The position numbers and the translations under genes were made by a program. A DNA stretch of 64,000 nucleotides from Bacillota bacterium. Its GTDB lineage: Bacteria; Bacillota; Limnochordia; Darwinibacteriales; Darwinibacteriaceae. Positions 17,219-26,726 of the stretch are shown here, piece by piece; within the stretch, counting starts at the first letter, position 1, and each line of letters starts with the position of its first letter. The stretch lies in the NCBI GenBank assembly GCA_012521295.1, contig JAAYMS010000103.1, positions 9,942 to 73,941 of the forward strand, given 5' to 3'. The notes beneath the pieces are model-generated. The model worked only from the letters and a program-made list of their open reading frames with translations. It did no database searches and was not told the origin of the DNA.

Positions 17219-18528
17219 GATTCGCGCTCCTTTATGGCAAAGATAATGGGTGTCCCCACAAAACCATATTCTTGACGCAGTCTATTCTCTAAGTAACGCT
17301 CATATGAAAAATGCATTAGGTCGCGGCGATTAACATGGAATGCAAACACTGGCGGATTAACCTGTACCTGCGCCGCATAGTAGATCTTCAACTGTACACC
17401 TTTATCACTCGGCACCTGCGAAACGGCAACTGCGTCTTGAATAATCTCATTGAGCCTGCCAGTAGGAATCCGAATACTCCTAGCTTGGTTGACAGCGTTG
17501 ATGGTTTCCAAAAGACGCTGGATTCTCTGGCCGGTCAAGGCTGAAATAAAGACGATGGGAGCATAGGATGCAAACAGCAGCCCCTGCCGGATCTCTTGTT
17601 CAAATTCCCGCATTGTGTTGCTGTCCTTCTCTACGAGATCCCACTTGTTGACAGCGATCACAATGCCTTTACCCTGCTCATGGGCATAACCGATGATCTT
17701 CTTATCCTGTTCTGTTAAGCCTTCGGTGGCGTCAATAACTGCTACAGTAACGCTACTTCTATCGACAGAGCGCAGCGTCCTGATTACGCTGTAATATTCT
17801 AGATTTTCTTCTACCTTACTTCTTCTTCTGAGGCCAGCTGTGTCGATCAAAACCATCTTTTGATCATCGTAGGTAAACCAGGTATCAATTGCATCTCTAG
17901 TAGTCCCAGGGATGTCTGAAACGATAACTCGATTATCACCTAGTATCTTGTTGACCAATGAGGACTTACCTACGTTTGGCCGGCCAACAATAGCAACATA
18001 CAGTGCATCCTCATCAGGAAGCGCGGTTCCAGGTTCAAAGTGCTTGATCACTTCGTCAAGCAGGTCACCCACATTGCGGCCGTGTTCTGCAGAGACAAAA
18101 ACGGGCTCGCCTAGGCCGAGACCGTAGAACTCTGCGATCATCACCATAGCGCATTCCGCATCATCTACTTTGTTTACACAGAGGACTACAGGCTTTCCGC
18201 TGCGCCGCAGATGATCCGCCACCTCTTCGTCCAAACCGGTAAGCCCGTCTCGGCCATCGACAACAAAGATAATCACATCTGCTTGGTCTACGGCAATCAT
18301 TGCTTGACGCCGCACTTGCTGGGTTATTTCATCTGTTTCATAATCAATGCCGCCCGTGTCAACCACTGTAAAATGGTTGTTCAGCCACTCTGCATCAGCA
18401 TAAATCCTGTCTCTTGTCACTCCCGGCGTTCCCTCAACAATGGCAGTCCTGGTGCCGGTAATGCGGTTAAAGAGCGTGCTCTTTCCCACGTTGGGGCGGC
18501 CCACAATTGCTACAATAGGTTTGCTCAT
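17215..18528 (-). CDS. der: Ribosome-biogenesis GTPase Der (EngA)
   Basis: Two tandem GTPase domains (GRPNVGKST twice) and a KH-like C-terminus. Start is MSKPIVAIVG with a GGAAGTAGAGG RBS. Confidence 0.95.
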   Translation of the reverse strand: MSKPIVAIVGRPNVGKSTLFNRITGTRTAIVEGTPGVTRDRIYADAEWLNNHFTVVDTGGIDYETDEITQQVRRQAMIAVDQADVIIFVVDGRDGLTGLDEEVADHLRRSGKPVVLCVNKVDDAECAMVMIAEFYGLGLGEPVFVSAEHGRNVGDLLDEVIKHFEPGTALPDEDALYVAIVGRPNVGKSSLVNKILGDNRVIVSDIPGTTRDAIDTWFTYDDQKMVLIDTAGLRRRSKVEENLEYYSVIRTLRSVDRSSVTVAVIDATEGLTEQDKKIIGYAHEQGKGIVIAVNKWDLVEKDSNTMREFEQEIRQGLLFASYAPIVFISALTGQRIQRLLETINAVNQARSIRIPTGRLNEIIQDAVAVSQVPSDKGVQLKIYYAAQVQVNPPVFAFHVNRRDLMHFSYERYLENRLRQEYGFVGTPIIFAIKERES

Positions 18529-18623
18529 CACAATACCTCTACTTCCTACATTTTCAAAGAACTTCACTCGATCATTTCTATAAATGCCTTTTATTTCCCT
18601 TCTCAGTCGGTCTTTGCCAGGTG

Positions 18624-19085
18624 CTAAATTAAGCCCAGTTGCTCCTGAGCTTGCTCGACTAAAGCCACCAGTCTAGGAAAGGCCAACTGCGCTCCGTATA
18701 CTACCAAGGGGCGTCCTATCCTCACCAAATTAAAACGACGCGAGAGATATCCGCCAACTCGCATGAACAGATTCACCGCTGGGAGAGTGTCAACAAAGAG
18801 CAGCTCATCTGGATCACCTTCCGCCAAAAGCAGGCCGCTGATGATCGCCTGAGTAATGCCCTGCTTTTCCCGCCCTCTGCCACAAACGTAAACAGGATTG
18901 CCAGCTCGATCCTTCCCCACCAAAAATAACTGCCCTCGCTGGGCAGTAGTAACCTTGTCAAACCACGGTAAACGCAGTATCTCCTCCTTAGTGGGACACT
19001 TGTTCTTTGGTAAGAGCCCGATATGTAGGGCGGCTGCGATCGGTGAAGAGTGAGTCCCACCATAGCAGTAGTAAATTATCTTCAA
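18624..19085 (-). CDS. DUF3189 family protein
   Basis: 153 aa. N-terminus MKIIYYCYGGTHSSPIAAALHIGLLP is typical of the Firmicute DUF3189 family. Confidence 0.5.
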   Translation of the reverse strand: MKIIYYCYGGTHSSPIAAALHIGLLPKNKCPTKEEILRLPWFDKVTTAQRGQLFLVGKDRAGNPVYVCGRGREKQGITQAIISGLLLAEGDPDELLFVDTLPAVNLFMRVGGYLSRRFNLVRIGRPLVVYGAQLAFPRLVALVEQAQEQLGLI

Positions 19086-19097
19086 GCCATCCTCCTT

Positions 19098-19280
19098 CTA
19101 GTGCCGGACGATAACCACGCTTCCATTATCCAGGTCGTGGACAGCCGCCGCCAATACGCGCGCTAACAGCGTAGCGGTATGCACTAGCTCTTCGTCGCTG
19201 TCAGCAAAGAAGATTGGCCCTGTACCCCCGACTTTCTCACGATTCTTGGTCACGATTGCTAAGATCTGCTTTTCCGCCAT
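19098..19280 (-). CDS. Small protein of the family annotated as capping-complex subunit for YIEGIA
   Basis: 60 aa ORF 10 nt downstream of the YIEGIA gene. Size and position fit that family. Confidence 0.4.
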   Translation of the reverse strand: MAEKQILAIVTKNREKVGGTGPIFFADSDEELVHTATLLARVLAAAVHDLDNGSVVIVRH

Positions 19281-19289
19281 TTGATCCCC

Positions 19290-20195
19290 TCAGTCAAGCA
19301 TTTTTCCCGCAGCAGACTGGAGCGGCTTCCGCACAGCTCCTTCTAGAACAGGGACACGGCTTACGGCTTCTACCAAAGCTTTACCATCGCGTTCCGAAGG
19401 AATGATGATCATAATCAAGCTGCCGCTCTCGCGTTCCCGACGCACAATCGGTACGAACTCTTGTTCTCCAACATCCATGTAAATCCCCAACATGGATGAG
19501 GTGTCATGGGCAATGGCTTGCATCTGTCCGATGTTCCCCAAGGTGGCCTTCCAGTTAGGCCCCTTGGGTCTTATTCGAACGGCAAGACCTTTTTGCAGCC
19601 ATGTTTGACGGGCCTCGGGAAGGCCCACGTTCATCAGATGAACTCCCCCAGCGACTAAGACGGGGCCGTCAAACTCTATGTCCACCAACTCAATGTCAGC
19701 AATATCACCAATGACATGGCCCTGCATCAGGTGATTAAGGAGCCACGATAAGATCATCGCCACAACTATCCCTGAGATGACTTGGAGAGGCCGGTTTGGG
19801 TCCACGACTTCACTGACCGTTGCTACTGCCAGCGCGACCCATATGGCCAAGTAGTTGCGAGCCTCGAAGACCCTAGCGATCCCTTCGATGTAACCGCTGC
19901 CCCGGCCAACCATCTCGGTGGCTTCCATCGCGGTCAGAGTATTGCGCTCCATGTTGCGCACTTCCCTAAATTGTGTCGCTGCCAGCAGCAGAAAGGAGAT
20001 CGCTGAAAAGTCTCCTTCGAGAAAAGCTGGCGGAATGATTGCTCCGATCAATCCTCCGATAAACCCTAAGAAGAGGTGAATTGCCCAACCCTGGGGATAA
20101 CTAGGATACTGCCTATAGTCCCTTCTCAACATATACCAACGCGCTGACAACCCGGCGGCGGCACCTAGACCTACGGTAAATAAGTACTTCATCAA
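19290..20195 (-). CDS. YIEGIA family protein (sporulation-associated membrane protein)
   Basis: Contains the literal motif GSGYIEGIARVFEARN. 301 aa with N- and C-terminal hydrophobic segments. Confidence 0.8.
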   Translation of the reverse strand: MMKYLFTVGLGAAAGLSARWYMLRRDYRQYPSYPQGWAIHLFLGFIGGLIGAIIPPAFLEGDFSAISFLLLAATQFREVRNMERNTLTAMEATEMVGRGSGYIEGIARVFEARNYLAIWVALAVATVSEVVDPNRPLQVISGIVVAMILSWLLNHLMQGHVIGDIADIELVDIEFDGPVLVAGGVHLMNVGLPEARQTWLQKGLAVRIRPKGPNWKATLGNIGQMQAIAHDTSSMLGIYMDVGEQEFVPIVRRERESGSLIMIIIPSERDGKALVEAVSRVPVLEGAVRKPLQSAAGKMLD

Positions 20196-21274
20196 CTCTT
20201 CTCCTGATCGTTGTCATAGTCACCGGTGTTCCCCAAACCGGCCTCTTTCTTGAAAAACCCGGTAATTGAACTCAGTCCCTGTTTGTTTATGATTAGGTAA
20301 CCAACGACAACAGCCGCCGCAATACCCAAAACCCAGTAGACTGACCTTCCAGCAGACTGATTCATCTGCTGTTCGGTCTGCTGCGCTTGTCCTGGCTGGA
20401 CGCCAACAGCAGCAGGAATCACCTTGGCAAAGAACTCAGCAGCCTGCTGCGCGTGTTCCATGTAGTTGGTATGTGCGCCGAATTCCAGTAGGATCATACG
20501 TGGGCCTAGGTCTTGGTTGTAGTTGCCTTTTGCGTCAAAGATCCCTTCTATAATGCCCGGAAACTCCTGATCAGCCACTGCTTTCAAACGCTTGGCATAT
20601 TCTAGGTTCGCTTCGCGGTTCTGGTTTTGCCTTCCTACCACTATACGCACCTTAGTGGCTGGCTCACCTTCGATGTTAGTCTCGTAGACTTCAGGCGGAG
20701 TAGCATCACGGTGGACATCGATCAACGTGACCGGATTCTCCTGCAGCATGTCCATGGCAGTTCTGCGGGAACGATTGTAGGCCTGACCGTCATGGGGTAA
20801 ATGACTGTTGTCAGACCAGATAACCTTGAAGCCTAACTTCTCCATTTCATCGGCCAGCGCTTTGCCCACCTGAAGAATGTCGCCGTTGCCATCATCGCGC
20901 GATTCGGTGCCACTAGTAGGCACGTACGATTCGGCATTATGGGTATGATAAATCCCCACTACTGCCCCATTCCCAGGAGTGCCCTGTCCCACCTGGGTGC
21001 GAAACGCATCGAGATCGATCTCAGGAAGCTGCACCGTTTCTGTATAGCGCACCAAGACTTCGTCTCCTTCAATAGAAACGACCTCATAGCGTTTATTGTC
21101 AGCAGCGATGTAGGCGTCGCCTGGATCTAAGTGTCGCGCTGTCATTGTAATTATCTGCCCGTTTTCGTCCACTAAGGTATAATAGCCGCCATCGGTCCGC
21201 TCAGCCCATGCCAATGAACTAAAGAGAAGATATACTACAGCTAATATCACGAGGAACCGGCTCATTCTTACCAT
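20192..21274 (-). CDS. spoIIP: Stage II sporulation protein P
   Basis: Signal anchor. Conserved GIYHTHNAESY motif. Amidase-like C-terminal region. ~360 aa. Confidence 0.8.
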   Translation of the reverse strand: MVRMSRFLVILAVVYLLFSSLAWAERTDGGYYTLVDENGQIITMTARHLDPGDAYIAADNKRYEVVSIEGDEVLVRYTETVQLPEIDLDAFRTQVGQGTPGNGAVVGIYHTHNAESYVPTSGTESRDDGNGDILQVGKALADEMEKLGFKVIWSDNSHLPHDGQAYNRSRRTAMDMLQENPVTLIDVHRDATPPEVYETNIEGEPATKVRIVVGRQNQNREANLEYAKRLKAVADQEFPGIIEGIFDAKGNYNQDLGPRMILLEFGAHTNYMEHAQQAAEFFAKVIPAAVGVQPGQAQQTEQQMNQSAGRSVYWVLGIAAAVVVGYLIINKQGLSSITGFFKKEAGLGNTGDYDNDQEKS

Positions 21275-21948
21275 TACTCGTCCCCTTCCCGTTCTTCAGC
21301 CTGAGTTGTGTCGTCGTCCCGGACAGATGGTACGCCTGGCCCGCCGCTCAAACGTTCGCGCGTTTCACCAACAACTTCGGCCAGAACAACTGCAATGATT
21401 CCGGCTAGAACCATGGAGTCAAAGACTCCGGCGCCACCTAGTACCGTGGTGGAATTAAGATCTACCGCCCAGGCCCGAATAGCATGAACAATGTCGGTGA
21501 GCAAGATTCCTAGAATTCCCGCAATGAACGCTGCTCGGCGCGACCGCCCAGCCAGGTAACCAACAATACCTGCAATGATACTGAACAGCCAAAGGGGGTC
21601 GATGAAGGTGCCACTGCTTGGGTCAAAATCAGTGTATTGAGCGATCCCGAAAACGATGGCTGCGGTTACTACCGAGGCAATCAATGCACGAACTCGCTCA
21701 TAGGCAGAATCGGCAGTCACAAGCAGATAGAGCACTATTGCTAAGGGAACTAAAGTTCCTCCCAAGTTGATCTCTATACTGGTCTTCCCAGATAGCAGCG
21801 GAACCGTGATAAAACTCCCTGCTACCATCAGTGCGATCGCCAGCAGAGCTTGAGTGTCGGTCAGTCGCATTTTATCAAGCATCCGCTGAGCCACACCAAA
21901 GTATATCAGGGCAGCAACCACAACAAGAATGGTCATCCCAGCCGGCAT
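21274..21948 (-). CDS. Multi-pass membrane protein (DUF1614-like), first gene of the spoIIP operon
   Basis: 6-7 predicted TM helices. Most plausible start is MPAGMTIL at 21948, after GGGAGGG. The ORF could extend to 22056. Confidence 0.45.
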   Translation of the reverse strand: MPAGMTILVVVAALIYFGVAQRMLDKMRLTDTQALLAIALMVAGSFITVPLLSGKTSIEINLGGTLVPLAIVLYLLVTADSAYERVRALIASVVTAAIVFGIAQYTDFDPSSGTFIDPLWLFSIIAGIVGYLAGRSRRAAFIAGILGILLTDIVHAIRAWAVDLNSTTVLGGAGVFDSMVLAGIIAVVLAEVVGETRERLSGGPGVPSVRDDDTTQAEEREGDE

Positions 21949-22052
21949 GGGCATCCCTCCCAGTAATGTTTCTGTTAGTTTTCCCTTGGGGAGGCCCAAT
22001 ATGTAGAAAAAGGGGCGGAACCTTAGGTTCCACCCCTTCGGTGAAAGCTGAA

Positions 22053-23690
22053 TCATTCGATGATACCCCAGTGCTTGAGGCGATTTTGGAGCAGTTTGTT
22101 GAACTCGGTTGTGACATACTCAAGTCCGGCATCCTCAATCTCCTGAAGCATCTTATCATAAATTGCATCAAACTGGTCGGGGCTTGCCAAGATTGCTTCG
22201 GGTATGCGCCGGCGGATGATGTCCTGTATCCGCTGCCAGGCCATCTGATATTTCGGATCCTCTGGGGTTGGGATCTGCCATGCAGCTCCCCAAGGTTTGA
22301 TGGGCAGCTCATCCTGCTGTGGGAAGAGATCCATCCACATCTCAGCACCATAGGCAGCCAGGACTTCTTTCTCAATATCAGAATAGCGTTCCTTAATGTA
22401 GTCGGGAGTAGTTACGGTGTAGGTATTGCCCGTTGGGTCCAGAATTCCATCGCCCCGCTGTGGGAAGGGATACACATACAAGCCTACACCAGTTTCTCTA
22501 CGGTAGTTCGGATCGTTGAGGCGGCGATTCATCTCTTCTGGTGGAATCACACGCTTGCCGTCGATCACTACGTAGTTGACCCCTTCGATACCCCAGTTGT
22601 TGAGAATCTGAGCTTCATCGGATGCCATCCAGTCAAGGAACTTAAAGGCCGCCACGGGATCTTTGCAATCTACAGTGATACCGATTCCCCATCCAGCGGA
22701 GTAGCCCGGATCCTGGAGATCCATGCGCCTAAAGCGCTCGTCAAGTACGATGGGATAACTTCCGTACGTTCGCTCAAACATCCCCTGCTGACGAAGGGCC
22801 TGTTCGGCCTGCTCATACTGCCATCGAGCATCTGTGAGGGCCAAGACGCGTCCAGAAGCGATCTTGGCGAGGTATTGGTCATATTTCTGCACGAAGCTTT
22901 CGGGATCTAGAAGGCCGATATCATTCATGTGATTGAGCCAGCGGAAATACTCCCGCTCTTCTGGACGGGTGTGATGCAGTACTGCCTCATATGTCTCAGG
23001 ATCGACATACCATTCGCCGTCGTCAGGCGCCCCAGTAGCAAAAGCTGCTTGGTTAGTGACGGTAATCAAGAAGCGCCAGTCGTCTGCTAGGAGCGAAAGC
23101 CCTATGGTTGGCTGTCCATTGATGGTCGGGTACTTCTCGATATAAGCTTTGATGGCGTTTTCGAGATCCTGAACAGTCTCCATCTTTGGATAGCCCAGTT
23201 CCTTTACTACTGCATGCTGCAGCTGAACTCCACTTACATCCCAGACTTTAGAACCAACGCCAAAGCATCCAAGGTAGTAGATGGATGGATCATCAATGCT
23301 GTAGCGCAGGCGATTCAGATACGGCCCGTACAGTTTCTTGATGTTCTCGCCATACTCCTCAATGTATGGTGTGAGATCGATGAAGGCTCCTGCTTCGACG
23401 AAGGGGCCGGCATTCTTGTGGAAAATGAGGTCTGGATACTCACCACTGGCGATCATGAGGGTAACCTTCTGCTCATACTCACCCACCGGATACTCAATCT
23501 TAAGCTTGACCCCTGTGGCTTCAGTGATCTTCTTAGCAATTGGATCCTCAAAACCCGTGTCGTCGGGGTTGATGTCACCGCTGAACATCGTGAGAATCAG
23601 GGGTTCATTCTTGTCCGCTGCTCCAGCCGGCAGGATCAGCCCCAAGACAACCATTAGCGCCATACCAAGCACAAACAGTCTTTTCATCAC
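22053..23690 (-). CDS. Extracellular solute-binding protein, family 1 (LplA-like sugar ABC transporter SBP)
   Basis: 545 aa. Signal peptide ending AGAAD. Overall LplA-type architecture. Confidence 0.8.
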   Translation of the reverse strand: MMKRLFVLGMALMVVLGLILPAGAADKNEPLILTMFSGDINPDDTGFEDPIAKKITEATGVKLKIEYPVGEYEQKVTLMIASGEYPDLIFHKNAGPFVEAGAFIDLTPYIEEYGENIKKLYGPYLNRLRYSIDDPSIYYLGCFGVGSKVWDVSGVQLQHAVVKELGYPKMETVQDLENAIKAYIEKYPTINGQPTIGLSLLADDWRFLITVTNQAAFATGAPDDGEWYVDPETYEAVLHHTRPEEREYFRWLNHMNDIGLLDPESFVQKYDQYLAKIASGRVLALTDARWQYEQAEQALRQQGMFERTYGSYPIVLDERFRRMDLQDPGYSAGWGIGITVDCKDPVAAFKFLDWMASDEAQILNNWGIEGVNYVVIDGKRVIPPEEMNRRLNDPNYRRETGVGLYVYPFPQRGDGILDPTGNTYTVTTPDYIKERYSDIEKEVLAAYGAEMWMDLFPQQDELPIKPWGAAWQIPTPEDPKYQMAWQRIQDIIRRRIPEAILASPDQFDAIYDKMLQEIEDAGLEYVTTEFNKLLQNRLKHWGIIE

Positions 23691-23727
23691 TAATCCTCCT
23701 TTGTATTTTTACAGGCGGCCACCTGTA

Positions 23728-24639
23728 TCAGCCTTTCAAAGCTCCCAGAGTCAAGCCTTTGACAAAGTACTTCTGCAGGAATGGATAGACTAGGACAATT
23801 GGCACTGTTGCAACAACGGTAATGGTCATACGGATAGACTCCGGCGACACCCGCGGCGCATTCGCTTGGCCTAGGGCGTACATGCTGCCTGTCGATGAGA
23901 CGGTCACATTCTGCAGGATCCGCATCATTTCGTACTGCAGTGTGGTGAGGGATGGATTTCCTGTGGTGTACAAGAATGTATCGAACCAGCTGTTCCATTG
24001 GCCTACTGCAATAAACAAAGCAATCGTGGCCAACACCGGTTTGCAGAGCGGTAAGATTAGTCGGAAGAAAATTGTAAGATCATTGGCGCCATCGAGTTTC
24101 GCAGACTCCTTGATGTTCTCTGGGAGGGTATCCATGTAGGCCCGAAGTACGAACACGTTCCAACCGCTGATAAGGCCCGGCAAAATGTATACCCAGAAAT
24201 TGTTGATTAGGCCCAGCTTGCGGATGAGCATGAACTCTGGAATCATGCCTCCGGAAAAGTAGAGAGTAAGAACAAAGATGCCCGACACAAACCTGCGGAA
24301 CATGAACTCCCGACAGCTGATTACATATGCAACCATTGCCGAGCTGACCAGGCCCAAGACTGTACCGACTACCGTACGAAGTACTGATATATAGAAGCCG
24401 GTTACGAGGTGAGGATACGTAAACACCTCGCGGTAATTCTGCAGTGTGAACTTTCGTGGCCAGATGTGAATGCCTCCCCGGACAGCGTCAACCGAATCGT
24501 TCAGGGAGATTGCCAGCACGTTTAAAAAAGGATAGAGCGTTATCGCAGCCATCATAACCATAAATACGTACAAGAATATGTTGAAGAGTTTGTCACCAAT
24601 GGTGTGCCGCTGTACCATTCTGCCCCCTCCTTCCACCAC
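23728..24639 (-). CDS. Carbohydrate ABC transporter permease (LplC-like)
   Basis: 6 TM helices. EAA-like loop ...AKLDGANDLTIFFRLILPL... Confidence 0.85.
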   Translation of the reverse strand: MVEGGGRMVQRHTIGDKLFNIFLYVFMVMMAAITLYPFLNVLAISLNDSVDAVRGGIHIWPRKFTLQNYREVFTYPHLVTGFYISVLRTVVGTVLGLVSSAMVAYVISCREFMFRRFVSGIFVLTLYFSGGMIPEFMLIRKLGLINNFWVYILPGLISGWNVFVLRAYMDTLPENIKESAKLDGANDLTIFFRLILPLCKPVLATIALFIAVGQWNSWFDTFLYTTGNPSLTTLQYEMMRILQNVTVSSTGSMYALGQANAPRVSPESIRMTITVVATVPIVLVYPFLQKYFVKGLTLGALKG

Positions 24640-25556
24640 TAGATGATGCGGCCTTCCGGGTTAATGCGCCGGATGATACCATTCGCCAAGAGCAGGAGCG
24701 TTACACTGACTACCGACTTGAAAATCCCGATCGCTGTGCCATACGAGTAACGGCCAATGCGGATACCATAATTCAGAACGTACAGATCCAACACTTCGGA
24801 GTAGTCCTTCACAAGGTTGTTTCCCAATAGGAACTGCTTTTCGAAGCCAATGTTGATCAGGTTTCCGATGGACATAATCAGCATGATGGCTATCACTGTA
24901 CTGATCCCTGGAAGGGTAACATGCCACATTCTGCGGAACCTGCCTGCTCCGTCTACGGCGGCCGCATCGTATAGGTCCGGATCTACTGCCATCATGGCAG
25001 CCAAGAATATGATTGAGTTCCAGCCAATCTCCTTCCAGACCTCGATAGATGTGACCAGCCCCCAAAAATACCTACCCTGTGCAAGGAACAGAATCGGTTT
25101 ATCGATAATTCCTAGCGCCATCAATGCTTGGTTGACACCACCATCAATACCCAACAGCTTCGAAAACATACTCGCCACAATTACCCACGACACGAAGTGA
25201 GGCAGATACGATACTGTTTGGACAAAACGCTTAAAGAAACCATTGCGCAGTTCATTAAGGAGGAGGGCAAAGATGATCGGCAGTGTGTATCCACAGATTA
25301 GAGACAAGACGCTCATCACCAATGTATTGCGCATTACCTCGTAGAACATGGGATCGCGAAATAGCTCGCGAAAATGGGCCAAACCCACCCATGGCTGCTG
25401 CCAGAAGGTCCGATGAGGCTTGTACTCTTGAAAGGCCATGGTCCATCCCCAAATCGGGACATACTTAAATATAACCACCCAGATGACAAAGGGAAGGCTC
25501 ATAAGAAGTAAGTAGCGCTGATGGTAGATTTTACCCATTGCTCGCTTCAGATTCAC
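24639..25556 (-). CDS. Sugar ABC transporter permease (LplB-like)
   Basis: 305 aa. EAA loop AAAVDGAGRFRRMWHVTLP. Overlaps the next permease by 1 nt. Confidence 0.85.
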   Translation of the reverse strand: MNLKRAMGKIYHQRYLLLMSLPFVIWVVIFKYVPIWGWTMAFQEYKPHRTFWQQPWVGLAHFRELFRDPMFYEVMRNTLVMSVLSLICGYTLPIIFALLLNELRNGFFKRFVQTVSYLPHFVSWVIVASMFSKLLGIDGGVNQALMALGIIDKPILFLAQGRYFWGLVTSIEVWKEIGWNSIIFLAAMMAVDPDLYDAAAVDGAGRFRRMWHVTLPGISTVIAIMLIMSIGNLINIGFEKQFLLGNNLVKDYSEVLDLYVLNYGIRIGRYSYGTAIGIFKSVVSVTLLLLANGIIRRINPEGRII

Positions 25557-25661
25557 ACAATCACCTTTTCTATAACATTTCCGACATAATTATACTGCAT
25601 GGTAAAAACAGAAAAACACCCGAATAATTAGGGGTGTTTTTCAGGATTATTTCGCGATAAT

Positions 25662-26726
25662 TCACTTTTTCTTAAACGATGATGGATTGGCACCAAAGCG
25701 CTGCTTAAACTTTCGGTTGAAGTAGTCGATATCGCGATAACCTACCTGTTCGGCCACTTCATGTACATTGGCTCCTGTCTGCAGCATCTCCTTCGCTCGA
25801 TCCAAACGGATGCTGCCTAGATAGTCAGCGAATCCCATGCCCGTTTGCGAACGAAACAGCTTGCCTAAATACGCAGGAGTGTAGCCGATAGTGGCGGCCA
25901 GTTCTTCCAAGGTGAGCCGCTGGGCATAGTTTACCTCCACGTAACTCTTGATGCGCGCCACCAGCTCAGCGGGAGATGAAAGCATCAACTGCCTCGATAA
26001 GTCTGATAATTTCCTGCGAAACAGCTCCTCCAGCATGTCGCGCGCTGTACAAGCGAACGCCTGATCCACGATTTCATCGTACGAGCTAAGCTGGCCTTTC
26101 AACCTTTCTGCTGCCTTCAGGCTGCGGATCACTGCGAAGTAAATGTGTAGGTAGGTTGAAGTGGCTCTTGCCATGGATATACTACCAGCACAATAGAGCT
26201 CACCTACCTGGGCTGTTAAGCATGCAATCTGGGCATGATTTCCGAACTCCACCGCCATACAGAGCTGTTTGACCAACTCTTGCTCAGCGTCGCCCCAGCA
26301 GATGTCCAGTATAGCTCGATCCGTCCGTGTGTTGTACAGTCGCTGCAGAACTTGGCGGGCTCTTTCGACCCGGCTCGCCAACTCCAGTTTATCGATGGGC
26401 TTGAGAAGGTAACCAAGCGCGCCTAGATCGATCGCCCTCTGGGCATAAGCAAACTCAGAATATCCGCTGATCACCAGGAACTGCGTGTTGGGTTTGGCTT
26501 GCCGAACCAGCTCCATAAGCTTCAACCCATCGATCACAGGCATTTTGACATCAACGATCATCAAATCAGGCGCCAGTTCCTTTATGCTTTCCAGTGCTTC
26601 TCGGCCGTTACCAGCTTCTCCACAGATTTCGAAGCCGTGTTCTGGCCAATCAATCACGACCCGCAGGCCTTCCCTAATAATGGGTTCATCATCGACAATC
26701 ATCACGGAGAAGAGCCTCTTGTCCAT
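25662..26726 (-). CDS. Response regulator with receiver and AraC-type HTH domains (YesN-like)
   Basis: N-terminal VMIVDDEPIIREGL receiver with D...DVKMP. C-terminal AraC HTH (HEVAEQVGYRDIDYFNRKFKQ). Confidence 0.85.
   Translation of the reverse strand: MDKRLFSVMIVDDEPIIREGLRVVIDWPEHGFEICGEAGNGREALESIKELAPDLMIVDVKMPVIDGLKLMELVRQAKPNTQFLVISGYSEFAYAQRAIDLGALGYLLKPIDKLELASRVERARQVLQRLYNTRTDRAILDICWGDAEQELVKQLCMAVEFGNHAQIACLTAQVGELYCAGSISMARATSTYLHIYFAVIRSLKAAERLKGQLSSYDEIVDQAFACTARDMLEELFRRKLSDLSRQLMLSSPAELVARIKSYVEVNYAQRLTLEELAATIGYTPAYLGKLFRSQTGMGFADYLGSIRLDRAKEMLQTGANVHEVAEQVGYRDIDYFNRKFKQRFGANPSSFKKK

Noticed and set aside
21831-22910. 359 aa plus-strand ORF antisense to the sugar SBP and DUF1614 genes
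   Set aside because: It lies entirely opposite two convincing minus-strand genes, including an SBP with signal peptide and LplA-like architecture. It has no RBS and no motifs. It is a typical antisense ORF in GC-rich coding DNA.
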